From an uncultured Chloroflexia bacterium (GTDB lineage Bacteria > Chloroflexota > Limnocylindria > Limnocylindrales > CSP1-4), in the NCBI GenBank assembly GCA_963813535.1, contig CAWEZH010000002.1, forward strand, positions 448,001 through 512,000: a stretch of DNA of 64,000 nucleotides, in the 5' to 3' direction. Positions 1-9,700 of this stretch are shown here, one piece after another. The notes below the pieces were generated by a model. It was not told where the DNA came from. It did not search any database and saw only the letters and a list, made by a program, of their open reading frames with translations. Each line of letters opens with the position of its first letter. The first letter of the stretch is position 1. The translations under genes were made by a program, and so were the position numbers.

Positions 1-1195
1 ACGCGCTCAGCGCGACCGCGACGAGCGGAGCGGCCACGGTGGCAAAGACGGCGAACGCGCGGTATTGGACGTTGCCCTGCAGTGCCCCGGTTCGGTCGCT
101 GAAGATGCTCACTGCCCCCTGGAGCGCGAACGCCGCGTAGAGAAGCCACAACACCCAGATTCCTATCGAGGCCGGACTACCGTCGCGAAGCCACGACCAA
201 CCGAGCCGGAGCCAGATGAAAGCGGATGAAGCGAGGATCAGGAAATTCGTCATGCTCAGGAGCAGGAAGACGACCGGGCTCACCCAAGCCGTCAATGAGT
301 AGGCGTAGGGATCGAAGGTCGGGCCGCCGCTCAGGATGAGGGCCAAGAGCGTCCCGGGGATCGCGAGGAGCGCGCGGAGAGTCTGGGCGAATGGCGGATA
401 CAGGAACAGGATGAAGACAGCGAGCAGTAGCGCTCCACCAGCGGTCGCCCAGCGCATCAGGCGGGTCGTCTCGATTGCGTGTCGTCGCACGCTGGTCGGT
501 CCGCGGCCGGCGAGCCAGGATATTGCGAGCGCGGTGCCGAGGGCCAAGACGAACGACATCCCGAACAGGCCGTTTGTGGCGATGAGTCCGTAGGTCGCCA
601 ACAGCACAAGTAGGATGTGAACGGCGGATCTCGCTGGATCGCCACGGAAGTGCAGGCTCCTGACAAGCAGCCATAGGGCGGTCAGGAGGAAGATCCGATC
701 CAGGCGCTCGTGGCTTCCACGGAACATTGCGAACAGGTGTTCGGGCACGAGCAGGAGCAGCAGCGTCGCCAAGCTCGCTGTTCGACCGCTCCCCGTCAAC
801 TCGCGATAGAGGGTCCACGCAGGAAGAACGACGATCGATGACACGACGGGATACGCGATCTGCTGGAGATTCTCGATGGTGAGCCCTGTAAATGCCAGGA
901 TCGCCATCGAGACGGCTTGATATCCGTACCCGTTCCCGTATACCCCGCGGACCTCCGGTGCCAGCTGATTGCTGTTCGCGACGACGCGGATGGCTTCAGC
1001 CATGAGGCCCGAATCCGACTCCGCCCACCGCCCCTCGTAACGGACGATGAAGTAGACCCCCATGACGAGAGCCAGGCCGAGGAGCGCGAGCACTTCCTCG
1101 CGGGGTCGGCCATCTCGGATACCAGCGGCAGGGATCCCCTCAGGCCGTGCCCTGTGACCCGTCGTCGAGAGAGTCGACCCCGCGTCAGCCGTCAC
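1..1195 (-). CDS. Polytopic membrane protein, probable GT-C-fold glycosyltransferase (partial, runs off window start)
   Basis: Not in the ORF track. Hand translation from GTG at 1195, which overlaps the previous gene's 3' end, gives MTADAG...EVLALLGLALVMGVYFIVRYEGRWAESDSG...YGNGYGYQAVSMAILAFTG...LLLLVPEHLFAMFRGSHERLDRIFLLTALWLL. It has many hydrophobic helices and an acidic ESD motif after TM1. It sits in a sugar-biosynthesis locus. Confidence 0.65.
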   Translation of the reverse strand, partial: MTADAGSTLSTTGHRARPEGIPAAGIRDGRPREEVLALLGLALVMGVYFIVRYEGRWAESDSGLMAEAIRVVANSNQLAPEVRGVYGNGYGYQAVSMAILAFTGLTIENLQQIAYPVVSSIVVLPAWTLYRELTGSGRTASLATLLLLLVPEHLFAMFRGSHERLDRIFLLTALWLLVRSLHFRGDPARSAVHILLVLLATYGLIATNGLFGMSFVLALGTALAISWLAGRGPTSVRRHAIETTRLMRWATAGGALLLAVFILFLYPPFAQTLRALLAIPGTLLALILSGGPTFDPYAYSLTAWVSPVVFLLLSMTNFLILASSAFIWLRLGWSWLRDGSPASIGIWVLWLLYAAFALQGAVSIFSDRTGALQGNVQYRAFAVFATVAAPLVAVALSA

Positions 1196-1565
1196 CCGCG
1201 ACCTCGTCAGGACTTACCATCGGGGACTTCGTCTGACGCCAGAGCTGCGACGCGATCGTGGCGGCCATGATGGCGCCGATCGCGAGCAGGACGGCCGCGC
1301 CGACCGGCAGGTCTGGAGGAACGGCGTGGGCCGCGAGCACTCCGCCCGTCCCATCCGTCCTTTCCCCGGGATCCCGACCGGCGATGAATGTCACGCTTGG
1401 TGAATGCGCGTCGGCGTTCCCCCGATAGTGTACTGAGGCCGACAGTCCGACTGCCTCCTTGTTAGCAAGCAGGAAAACGCCGATCACCAAGGCTATGAGG
1501 GCGAGTGTCCTCATGCGGGGCCGCTCCCACCCGCCATCCCTCTCACCCACGGCAGCGGACTTCAC
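1185..1565 (-). CDS. Small membrane protein (two hydrophobic segments), function unknown
   Basis: ORF overlaps the epimerase stop (GTGA) and the next gene's start. Hydrophobic stretches are [17 protein letters not shown] and [20 protein letters not shown]. The true start may be the ATG near 1515. Confidence 0.5.
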   Translation of the reverse strand: MKSAAVGERDGGWERPRMRTLALIALVIGVFLLANKEAVGLSASVHYRGNADAHSPSVTFIAGRDPGERTDGTGGVLAAHAVPPDLPVGAAVLLAIGAIMAATIASQLWRQTKSPMVSPDEVAGDG

Positions 1566-2659
1566 GGGCCTCCCGAAGTCTCGGCGCGTGCGTGCCTGCG
1601 GCGAGCGGATGTAGCCCTCTGGGACCCTATGGACTGCCAGCGCAGGGTGTCGTCGAGCCGGCCTTGGGACCGGAGCCGCTGGATCTGGGCGATGCGCTGG
1701 TAGCGCGGCCCCTGGAATTGGGCGAGCGTGAGGCCCTCAATTCGATAGGCGTCGGCAAGTTCACGGATGCCGTCGCGGGCGGTCCAGCGCGTCCGAAATC
1801 CGAGCTCCCGTTCGATACGGTCGCAGTCGACGCGGTAGTTTCGGGCGTCCGATGAAACGTCCATTTCGAATTCCACAGCGCAGCCGGGAATCAATTCCGC
1901 CACGAGCCCGGCCAGGTCTCGGATCAGGTAATTCCCCGTAGTCGAGCCGACGTTGAACGCCCGGTCGTGGGCGGGCTCGATCGGTCCGCGCAGGACCACC
2001 CGGACGGCTCGCGCGATGTCCTCGACGTGGACGAGCGGGCGCCAGGCGAGGCCGTCGCTCTGCAAGCGGACACGACCGGTCGTGGTCGCCCACGCGACGA
2101 GGTTGTTCAGGACCACATCGAGGCGCAACCGCGGCGACACGCCGTACGCGGTTGCGTTGCGCAGGTAAGTCGGGCTGAATGTGTCGTCCGCGAGGGTCGA
2201 AAGGTCGCGTTCCGTAAGGACCTTGGAGCGCCCGTAGGGCGTCACGGGTCGCAGATCCGCGTCCTCCGTAAGCAGGTCCTCCCCACCGGATGCGCCGTAG
2301 TTGCTGCAGGACGAGGAGAAGACGAAGCGTCGCACGCCCGCCGCCTTGGCGGCCGCCGCGAGGCGGATAGACGCCTCATGATTGATGGCAATCGTCAGGG
2401 CCGGATCAAGGTCACCGAGCGGGTCGTTCGAGAGCGCCGCAAGGTGGACGACGGCGTCGAACCCGAGTAGATCGGGCGAGGCGACGTCCCGGATGTCTTT
2501 CGCGATCACGGGAACCGTGGGGAGAGCATCGGGATCTCCGAACGTGCACTCTCGGTATAGGTCGCTGTCCAGCCCGACGACGTCAAAGCCGTCCGCGTGG
2601 AGAACGCGGGTGACGACGACGCCGAGATAGCCGAGGTGGCCGGTCACGAGGACTCTCAC
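1562..2659 (-). CDS. NAD-dependent NDP-sugar epimerase/dehydratase (extended SDR)
   Basis: GTG start at 2659 with GGAGA upstream. Motifs are [11 protein letters not shown] (Rossmann), [18 protein letters not shown] and the YxxxK motif YGRSK. Confidence 0.9.
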   Translation of the reverse strand: MRVLVTGHLGYLGVVVTRVLHADGFDVVGLDSDLYRECTFGDPDALPTVPVIAKDIRDVASPDLLGFDAVVHLAALSNDPLGDLDPALTIAINHEASIRLAAAAKAAGVRRFVFSSSCSNYGASGGEDLLTEDADLRPVTPYGRSKVLTERDLSTLADDTFSPTYLRNATAYGVSPRLRLDVVLNNLVAWATTTGRVRLQSDGLAWRPLVHVEDIARAVRVVLRGPIEPAHDRAFNVGSTTGNYLIRDLAGLVAELIPGCAVEFEMDVSSDARNYRVDCDRIERELGFRTRWTARDGIRELADAYRIEGLTLAQFQGPRYQRIAQIQRLRSQGRLDDTLRWQSIGSQRATSARRRHARAETSGGP

Positions 2660-2819
2660 GCTATCTCCAGGACTCTGTGGGACCCGATGCCGACAGCGTA
2701 CACTCGGGCCAACGTCGGAGGTGCCGCTCCGATCGACAGGTGAACAGACCGCGTGAAGCAGAGAACAGACGAGGCGTGCTTCGGAGATTGAGGGCGACCA
2801 ACCGCGGAACCGGACGGTC

Positions 2820-3812
2820 GTGACGCAAGGCGTCGCTGAGGAATCGACGCCGGTTCGGCGCCCATTCCGGTTCATCGCATCGATGCCGACTCTCGAGCAG
2901 CCGCCGCTGCTTTGGCGCGAGGCGGTCCGACGGCTGGAGGCAACCGGCTTCGCGTCGGTAGCGATCTCAGATCACCTGACTCGCGGCTGGGCGATGGATC
3001 CGCTGGTCACGATGATGGCGGCCGCGGACGCGAGCGACCGGATGCGGGTGCTTTCGCTCGTGTTGTCCAACGACTACCGGCATCCGGCGCTTGTTCACAA
3101 GTCGATCGCTACGATCGATGTTCTGTCCGGCGGGCGGGCGGAACTCGGCCTCGGGGCGGGCTGGCTCGCCGGCGACTACGACGCGATCGGGTTGCCATTC
3201 GACCGACCCGATGTGCGAATCGCGCGGCTCGAGGAGTCCGTTCGACTGGTCAAGTGGATGTTTGCGGCCGAGGAACCTGTCTCCTTCGAAGGGACCTACT
3301 ACCGGCTCCACGAATTCGAGAGCCTCCCCAAGACGGTGCAGCGTCCTCGTCCGCCCGTCCTGATCGGCGGAGGCGGAAAAGCCATCTTGTCGTTGGCTGG
3401 CCGTGAGGCCGACATCGTCGGGGTGAATGCGTCGCTTGGGCCCGGCGCGAGGCGGGCCTCGGGCGTTGTCGGCCTCACCGCCGCGGCCGTGGAAGAGAAG
3501 CTTGGGTGGGTCTGGGCTGCGGCCATTACGACCGGCCGTACCCCCGTGGAGCTCGAGTTCCAGGTCAGCGTCCTGGAGGTCCACATCACGGACTCGAGAT
3601 CGGAGGCAGGCCGCATGCTCGACTCCTTGAGCGACGATCTCGGGCTTCGGCGGCAGACGGTCGAGACATCACCAGCCGTCCTTGTCGGTAGTCTCGAGCG
3701 ATGCTGCGAGCTCCTCGAGGAGCGCCGGGAAAGGTTCGGCTTCAGCTACATCAAGCTCAGCTCGGACGCTGCTGCATCCGCGCTGTTGGTTGCGCGGCTG
3801 GCCGGACGCTGA
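2820..3812 (+). CDS. LLM-class (luciferase-like) oxidoreductase, probably F420-dependent
   Basis: Motifs [50 protein letters not shown] and [11 protein letters not shown]. Confidence 0.85.
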   Translation: MTQGVAEESTPVRRPFRFIASMPTLEQPPLLWREAVRRLEATGFASVAISDHLTRGWAMDPLVTMMAAADASDRMRVLSLVLSNDYRHPALVHKSIATIDVLSGGRAELGLGAGWLAGDYDAIGLPFDRPDVRIARLEESVRLVKWMFAAEEPVSFEGTYYRLHEFESLPKTVQRPRPPVLIGGGGKAILSLAGREADIVGVNASLGPGARRASGVVGLTAAAVEEKLGWVWAAAITTGRTPVELEFQVSVLEVHITDSRSEAGRMLDSLSDDLGLRRQTVETSPAVLVGSLERCCELLEERRERFGFSYIKLSSDAAASALLVARLAGR

Positions 3813-3815
3813 TCC

Positions 3816-5084
3816 TCACTTTGCCGGCAGCACCGTAAGTCGCGGAACGGGTACCACGAATCGACCATCCCAGGACTGGATGTCCGTCAGCTGTCCGATG
3901 ACCTCATCCTGGATGTCCCAGGTCAGGATGAGCACGAACGCCGGCCGCGTCTCGAGGATCCGCTGTGGATGGTGTATCGGCAGGCCGGATCCCGGCAGAA
4001 ATCGGCCTTGCTTGAGTGGCGACCGATCGACGGTGTAGGCCACGAGATCCGTTGTGATGCCGCAGAAGTTGAGGAGCGTATTGCCGCGCGACGGCGCTCC
4101 ATACGCCACAACGCTGTCGCCACGCGAGCGGCAGGACGTCAAGAAGGCCACCAACTCGTCGCGCAGGGCCGAAACGCTCGCGGCGAAAGCAGCATATGCC
4201 GGCGGCCGAGAAAGCCCAGCGTGGCGCTCGCTCGCGAGCGTTGTGGCGACCGCCTTGGTCGCCGGGTGTGTCGAATCCCCGATGCGGGCGACGAACACCC
4301 TGAGAGTACCCCCGTAGACCGGCTGTGCCTCCACGTCGAACACGGCGAGGCCGTGGCGCTCGAGCAGGCCACGAGCGGAGATGAGCCCAAGGTAGGAGAA
4401 ATGACCGTGCCTGAAGGCGTCGAACCGCTGATCGGCCACGAGCGGCAGCAGGTGATCGAACTCCAACACCGCGACACCCCCTGGCCGGAGGATGAGCCGA
4501 AGGCCCGCCGCAAAGTCGGCCGGGTCGCTTACGTGGGCGAGAAGGTAGTTGTCGATTAGGAGGTCTGCCGGACCGCCGTTCGTGACGAGCTCCCGGGCAG
4601 TGGCAAGCCCGAACGGTCGGCCGAGAACCTGGTACCCGTCCCGCTGGGCCGCCTCGGCCAGAGGCGGGGACCCCTCGACGATGAGGCTTCGGACGCCCCG
4701 TTCGGCGAGAAACGGGTGCAAGTACGTACCGTGGCTGGCCAGCTCCACGACGCGATGGTCGTCCGCGCGCAACGGATGGCGCGCCAGCACGTCGTCGACG
4801 AACCGCTGCGCGTGTGTGCGCATCGTCTCGGAGAGCTCGTACGCTGGCGGGCCGGGCAGGGCACGCTCCGCTGGCCCAGAATCGTCGAGCTGGACGAGCG
4901 AGCAGAGATCACAAATGAAGACGTGCAGCGGCCAGCGGGGCTGGAGGCTGACATTCTCGGCGGAATCCGGGAATGTGTTGGCCTCAGGATGCGACCCCAG
5001 ATCCAGGATCTCAGTCAGCGGCTGATGTCCGCACGAGCGGCAGGCGGTCGCAACCGGGAGTGATCTGGGATCTACTCGACTCAC
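3816..5084 (-). CDS. NDP-sugar C-methyltransferase family protein (class I SAM-dependent, N-terminal zinc-binding domain)
   Basis: Motifs CRSCG, CDLCSLVQL, ELASHGTYL, FDAFRHGHFSY, YGAPSRGNTLLNFCG and DRSPLKQGRFLPG. GTG at 5084 overlaps the upstream gene's TGA. Confidence 0.85.
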   Translation of the reverse strand: MSRVDPRSLPVATACRSCGHQPLTEILDLGSHPEANTFPDSAENVSLQPRWPLHVFICDLCSLVQLDDSGPAERALPGPPAYELSETMRTHAQRFVDDVLARHPLRADDHRVVELASHGTYLHPFLAERGVRSLIVEGSPPLAEAAQRDGYQVLGRPFGLATARELVTNGGPADLLIDNYLLAHVSDPADFAAGLRLILRPGGVAVLEFDHLLPLVADQRFDAFRHGHFSYLGLISARGLLERHGLAVFDVEAQPVYGGTLRVFVARIGDSTHPATKAVATTLASERHAGLSRPPAYAAFAASVSALRDELVAFLTSCRSRGDSVVAYGAPSRGNTLLNFCGITTDLVAYTVDRSPLKQGRFLPGSGLPIHHPQRILETRPAFVLILTWDIQDEVIGQLTDIQSWDGRFVVPVPRLTVLPAK

Positions 5085-5545
5085 CGGTGGTGGAGTGACC
5101 AGTCGTAGGGGATCGCCGGTCCGAACGGGTCGAGTCGTTCGGTCAGCGTCGGATCGTGCGGGTGTGTGGCGCAATTCGCGACGATCGACACATCAGCCAT
5201 GCCCTTGAGACCCGTCCAGATCCCGGGCTGGACTATAGCCAGCGAGTAGTCATCCGGCCCAAGGAAGCGTTCGATCAGAGCGCCTTTCGTCGGAGAGCCT
5301 TCGCGATCATCGTGGAGAACGAGCTTGACCCGCCCCCAGATGCACGCGTAGTTGAGAGTCATCTGGCGATGCCGGTGCCAGCCTTTGATGACGTCGCGAT
5401 AGATCGACGTGAAGTAGATCTCACCGAACTCCCGGAAATGAGGGTCCGTCCGGCGGAGCATGTGGTAGATCGTCCCGCGCTCGTCCGGGATCCGGTCGAG
5501 AGGAACGAACTCGACTCCGTCGATTCGCGCAGCATCTTGGTTCAT
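5081..5545 (-). CDS. dTDP-4-dehydrorhamnose 3,5-epimerase-like (RmlC-type cupin)
   Basis: Motifs IPDERG, FGEIYFTS, IKGWHRH and DDREGSPTKG. ATG at 5545 has GGAG upstream. Confidence 0.85.
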   Translation of the reverse strand: MNQDAARIDGVEFVPLDRIPDERGTIYHMLRRTDPHFREFGEIYFTSIYRDVIKGWHRHRQMTLNYACIWGRVKLVLHDDREGSPTKGALIERFLGPDDYSLAIVQPGIWTGLKGMADVSIVANCATHPHDPTLTERLDPFGPAIPYDWSLHHR

Positions 5546-5761
5546 GGACCGCGACTCCATCGAGCGACTGGGCGCGGGCGTAGACGGTGAACGCCGGCAC
5601 CCACCCTGGACGCTAACGTGCTGCATCGTGCGCGCCGATGGAGCAGACTGTCCAACCAAAGCCGATCTGAATGATGCACGTCGCGCTCCGTCGCTTTTCG
5701 GAGTCCCGACGAGCGCGCATCTGGCCCGGGCGTTCCGCGAGCACCGGATACGAATGGCACG

Positions 5762-7033
5762 ATGCTCAGCCACGCATTGACGCAAGACGAACCGGACCTC
5801 AAAGCCGCACGGCGGGCGTGCCGGTTTTGCGGTCAGCCCCTGGATCGGGTCGTCATCGACCTCGGTATGTCGCCGCTGTGCGAGGCGTTCCTACGGCCAG
5901 CCCAGCTCGACGCGATGGAGCCCTACTACCCACTCCGAGTCTTCCTTTGCGACTCCTGCTTGCTTGTCCAGCTCGTCGACTACGTGACACCGGAGCAGAT
6001 CTTCAGCGAGTACGCTTACTTCTCTTCGTACTCGGACTCATGGCTCGCCCACGCTGGTCGCTTCGCTCGATCGATGGTCGACCAGCTGCCCCTCGACGAA
6101 ACGAGCCTCGTCATCGAACTTGGCAGCAACGATGGGTATCTCCTCCGTCACTTCGTTTCCGCCGGGATCCCGGTGCTCGGGATCGAGCCCGCCGCGAACG
6201 TCGCCATAACGGCACGGAACGCGGGGATCGACACGATCGGCCGGTTCTTCGGGGTCGAGATGGGTCGCGAGCTGGCCGAGAGCGGCCGACGCGCAGACCT
6301 GCTCGTCGCGAATAACGTCCTAGCCCAGGTTCCTGCCCTCAACGATTTCGTCGCCGGGGCGCGGATACTCCTAAAACCAGATGGATTGCTCACGATCGAA
6401 TGCCCGCACGTGCTTCGCCTTCTCGAGGAGAACCAGTTCGACACCATCTACCATGAGCACTTCTCATACTTCTCGCTCCTCTCGGCGAGGAGGATCCTCG
6501 CCGCCCATGGCCTGGTCATCGTCGACGTCGAGGAACTTCCCACGCACGGTGGCTCGCTGCGCCTCCATGTCCGGCACGCCGACCTCGGTGTCCCTCCCGC
6601 GCCGGCGGTCGAGGCGCTGGCAGAGCGGGAGCGGCAGGCCCACCTCGACAGCCCGGCAGGATATGTCGGCCTGGCGCCGCGTGTGGAGGAAGCGAAGCGA
6701 GATGTACTCGCCTTCCTGATCGACGCTGGTCGGCGGGGACTCTCCATCGTGGGCTACGGTGCTCCGGGCAAAGCGAATACGTTCCTGAACTACTGCGGGA
6801 TCCGGACCGATCTCGTCGACTACATCGTCGACCGCAACCCTTACAAGCACGGCAGGTTCACGCCCGGGACCCATATCCCGATCTATCCTCCCGAGCGCAT
6901 CCGCGAGACGCGGCCCGACTTCGTCTGGATCCTGCCCTGGAATCTCAGGAGCGAGATCGCCGACCAGCTCGCCGACGTCCGGACGTGGGGCTGTCGCCTG
7001 TTGGTCGCGATCCCCAGATTGGAGATCTTCTGA
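5762..7033 (+). CDS. NDP-sugar C-methyltransferase family protein (second paralogue)
   Basis: Motifs CRFCG, DLGMSPL, CDSCLLVQL, YAYFSSYS, ELGSNDGYLL, FDTIYHEHFSY, THGGSLR and YGAPGKANT. Confidence 0.9.
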   Translation: MLSHALTQDEPDLKAARRACRFCGQPLDRVVIDLGMSPLCEAFLRPAQLDAMEPYYPLRVFLCDSCLLVQLVDYVTPEQIFSEYAYFSSYSDSWLAHAGRFARSMVDQLPLDETSLVIELGSNDGYLLRHFVSAGIPVLGIEPAANVAITARNAGIDTIGRFFGVEMGRELAESGRRADLLVANNVLAQVPALNDFVAGARILLKPDGLLTIECPHVLRLLEENQFDTIYHEHFSYFSLLSARRILAAHGLVIVDVEELPTHGGSLRLHVRHADLGVPPAPAVEALAERERQAHLDSPAGYVGLAPRVEEAKRDVLAFLIDAGRRGLSIVGYGAPGKANTFLNYCGIRTDLVDYIVDRNPYKHGRFTPGTHIPIYPPERIRETRPDFVWILPWNLRSEIADQLADVRTWGCRLLVAIPRLEIF

Positions 7034-7827
7034 TGAAGGTCATCCTCTTTTGCGGTGGCCAAGGCCTCCGGCTGCGGGAGCTCACTCAGAGCGTCCCGAA
7101 GCCGATGGCCACGATCGGCCTTCGGCCGGTCCTCTGGCACGTCATGCGCTACTACGCCCACTTCGGTCACAGCGACTTCGTGCTATGCCTCGGCTACCGC
7201 GGCGATGTCATCAAGGATTACTTCCTGCATTACGACGAAGCCGTGTCGAACGACTTCATCCTCTCCGAGGGCGGCCGATCGATCGAGCTGCTAAACACAG
7301 ACATCGAGGACTGGCGGATCGCGTTCGTCGACACGGGCCCCGAGTCGAACATCGGTCAGAGGCTTCTGGCGGTCAAACCGCATGTGACCAACGAGCCGAT
7401 CTTCCTGGCGAACTACGCCGACGGGCTGACGGACGCTCAGCTCAGTCGCCTCATCGACGATTTTTCCCGTCGCGACAAGATCGCCGGCTTCGTTTCCGTC
7501 CGTCCGCCACAGACGTTTCACGTCCTCTCGACCACGGCGGACGGAGAGGTCGAGGCCATCACCCACGTCCGGGAATCGGACATCTGGATGAACGGCGGGT
7601 ATTTCATGTTCCGGAATGCGATCTTCGACTACATCCAGGCCGGTGAGGAGCTCGTCGAACAACCCTTCCAGCGCCTAATCTCGGAGGGGCAGCTCATCGC
7701 CTATCGGCACGAGGGTTTCTGGCGTGCGATGGACACGCTGAAGGAGATGCAGGAGCTGGAAGCCCTCTACGAGGCGGGACGGCCACCATGGGCCGTCTGG
7801 CAGCGCCGTGACCAGGACCCACAGTGA
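7033..7827 (+). CDS. rfbF: Glucose-1-phosphate cytidylyltransferase
   Basis: Motifs MKVILFCGGQGLRLRE, PKPMATIG, LCLGYRGDVIKDYF, NGGYF and GFWRAMDTLKE. TGATG coupling to the upstream gene. Confidence 0.9.
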   Translation: MKVILFCGGQGLRLRELTQSVPKPMATIGLRPVLWHVMRYYAHFGHSDFVLCLGYRGDVIKDYFLHYDEAVSNDFILSEGGRSIELLNTDIEDWRIAFVDTGPESNIGQRLLAVKPHVTNEPIFLANYADGLTDAQLSRLIDDFSRRDKIAGFVSVRPPQTFHVLSTTADGEVEAITHVRESDIWMNGGYFMFRNAIFDYIQAGEELVEQPFQRLISEGQLIAYRHEGFWRAMDTLKEMQELEALYEAGRPPWAVWQRRDQDPQ

Positions 7828-7831
7828 TCGG

Positions 7832-8491
7832 ATGGCGTCGGTGCTCCCGCTAAACCTAACGTCGCGCACGGGTGGGCTGAACCTCCTTGCCGTCGGGGCT
7901 CACTCCGACGACATCGAGATCGGATGCGGGGGGACGATCCTACGACTTGCCTCTGAAGGCCTGATTGCGTCCGTGCGCTGGGTCGTCCTAAGCGCGACGG
8001 GTGAGCGTGAGGCAGAGGCCCGGAAGGGGGCGGAGACGTTCCTTGCAGGAATCCAGGGGGTCGAGGTGCTGATCGCCGGCTTCCGCGACGGGTACTTCCC
8101 GTACCTGGGCGGGGCGGTGAAGGATTTCTTCGAGGACCAGCGTGACTCCTTTACACCGAACCTGATCCTGACCCATCGACGCGACGACCTGCACCAGGAT
8201 CACCGCCTCGTGGGGGAGCTCACTTGGAATACGTACCGGAAGCACCTGATCCTCGAGTACGAGATCCCGAAGTACGACGGTGATATGGCCTCGCCAAATC
8301 TGTACGTCGAGCTTCCCGAGGAGACCTGCGAGCGCAAGATCGAGATCGTCACGACGACCTTCCGGACTCAAGCCTCGCGGGGCTGGTTCGATCCTGATGC
8401 GTTCCGAGCGGTCATGCGCCTCCGTGGGATGGAGTCCAACGCGAGCAGTCGGTTCGCTGAGGGCTTCACCTGCCGGAAGGCCGTGATCTGA
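7832..8491 (+). CDS. PIG-L/LmbE family deacetylase
   Basis: Motifs GAHSDDIEIGCGGT, HQDH and YEIPKYDGD. Confidence 0.88.
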   Translation: MASVLPLNLTSRTGGLNLLAVGAHSDDIEIGCGGTILRLASEGLIASVRWVVLSATGEREAEARKGAETFLAGIQGVEVLIAGFRDGYFPYLGGAVKDFFEDQRDSFTPNLILTHRRDDLHQDHRLVGELTWNTYRKHLILEYEIPKYDGDMASPNLYVELPEETCERKIEIVTTTFRTQASRGWFDPDAFRAVMRLRGMESNASSRFAEGFTCRKAVI

Positions 8492-8682
8492 CCTTTCGCC
8501 TCGCTCTCGAGTGATTCAGATGGGGAGGGGTAGGGGTCAGGAACGCTATTGGGTCGTTGGGGGACGGCCGAAGCCCTCTCCGACCTGCCGGTGGTTCCAG
8601 ACGGCGAGGTGCGAGACCCAGTGAGTCGAGCCCGCCACGGGTGACGTCGCGCGAAGCTCCGAGTTGCCGCGCCTGAGCGGCC

Positions 8683-9105
8683 TCAGCTCGCCGGCTCGAC
8701 GACGATCACGACCGCCGACCATGGGCAGTACCGGTCGCCGGTCACCACTTGCGTCTCGACGTCGGACGGCAGGCCGTCGCACACCTCGATGGTCACAGAC
8801 GCGAACTCGATGTCGTTCGGATCGAGCGACCAGCTGTACCCCTCGTTGACGCCGGTCTCGCGGATGACGCGCCCGTTCGGGATGCTCGGCACGTCCTCGC
8901 CGTTGAGCAGGCGCCGGGCCGTGTCGATGTCGGCGGGCTCGGTCAAGAGCGCCTTGAACCGCTCATCGATGACCTCGAACGTGACGACCACCGGCGCTGC
9001 AGGATCGGGTGAGCCACCGCCCCCGCCGCACGCACCGATCAGCGTTGCGAGGGAGCCCAGGATCGTGATGAGTCGGATCGCCGGTCCCGCGGATCGGACG
9101 GTCAT
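8683..9105 (-). CDS. BP74-like lipoprotein
   Basis: Signal peptide ends in a lipobox-like LIGAC. The domain motif is YSWSLDPNDIEF...EVCDGLPSDVE...YCPWSA. ATG overlaps the TerB-family stop (ATGA). Confidence 0.7.
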   Translation of the reverse strand: MTVRSAGPAIRLITILGSLATLIGACGGGGGSPDPAAPVVVTFEVIDERFKALLTEPADIDTARRLLNGEDVPSIPNGRVIRETGVNEGYSWSLDPNDIEFASVTIEVCDGLPSDVETQVVTGDRYCPWSAVVIVVEPAS

Positions 9106-9677
9106 CGACCCTCGGCGATGCGGCGGACGGCCTGGACCGACGACAGCCGCTCGTGGAACTCGGCGCGCACCTCGTTGACGGTGGCCGGGTCGAGCTGCAG
9201 CTCGTTGCCGATCTGGTTGACCTCGGCGGACTCCTCCGCAGAGATCGACCCACTGGCCGCGCTGACGGCGAAGCACGCGCGCAACACGTCGATTCGCTGC
9301 TGTTCGCTGGCCAGGGCGGTGAACTCGCGCGTCACGACGTAGTCCTCGGTCCCACCGACGGTCCGTGCTTGCAGCTTGGCCATCTCCGTCACGAGCACCG
9401 ATGTCGCTTCGTCAAGCGCGCCGTGCGCCTGGAGCTCCCGCTCGATGACCTCGGTCTCCTCGTCGCTGATGTCGAGGTCGGCCTGCGCCGCGCGCGCCAG
9501 CGTGTACGCGGCGGACGCCACGAGGCGCGCCCGTTCAGGGGGCATCTCCTCGAGTCGCGCCACGATCCGTCGGACGGTGGCGGTATCGCCTGCTTCCGAG
9601 GCGGCGTCGAACGCCTGGGTCTGAAGGTCGGCCGCCCGTTCGTGTTCGCGGCCCGGTCCGAAGATCTTTTGAAACAT
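9102..9677 (-). CDS. TerB-family (tellurite resistance/DjlA N-terminal-like) protein
   Basis: Motifs ARAAQADLDISDEE and FAVSAASGSISAEESAEVNQIGNELQL. Confidence 0.75.
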   Translation of the reverse strand: MFQKIFGPGREHERAADLQTQAFDAASEAGDTATVRRIVARLEEMPPERARLVASAAYTLARAAQADLDISDEETEVIERELQAHGALDEATSVLVTEMAKLQARTVGGTEDYVVTREFTALASEQQRIDVLRACFAVSAASGSISAEESAEVNQIGNELQLDPATVNEVRAEFHERLSSVQAVRRIAEGR

Positions 9678-9700
9678 GGCGCGGAGTCTACGCTGTCGGC
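9678..9700. promoter_or_regulatory. Bidirectional leaderless promoter (overlapping -10 elements)
   Basis: TACGCT (+, 9689-9694) lies 6 nt before ATG 9701. TAGACT (-, 9690-9685) lies 7 nt before ATG 9677. There is no room for Shine-Dalgarno sequences. Confidence 0.65.
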
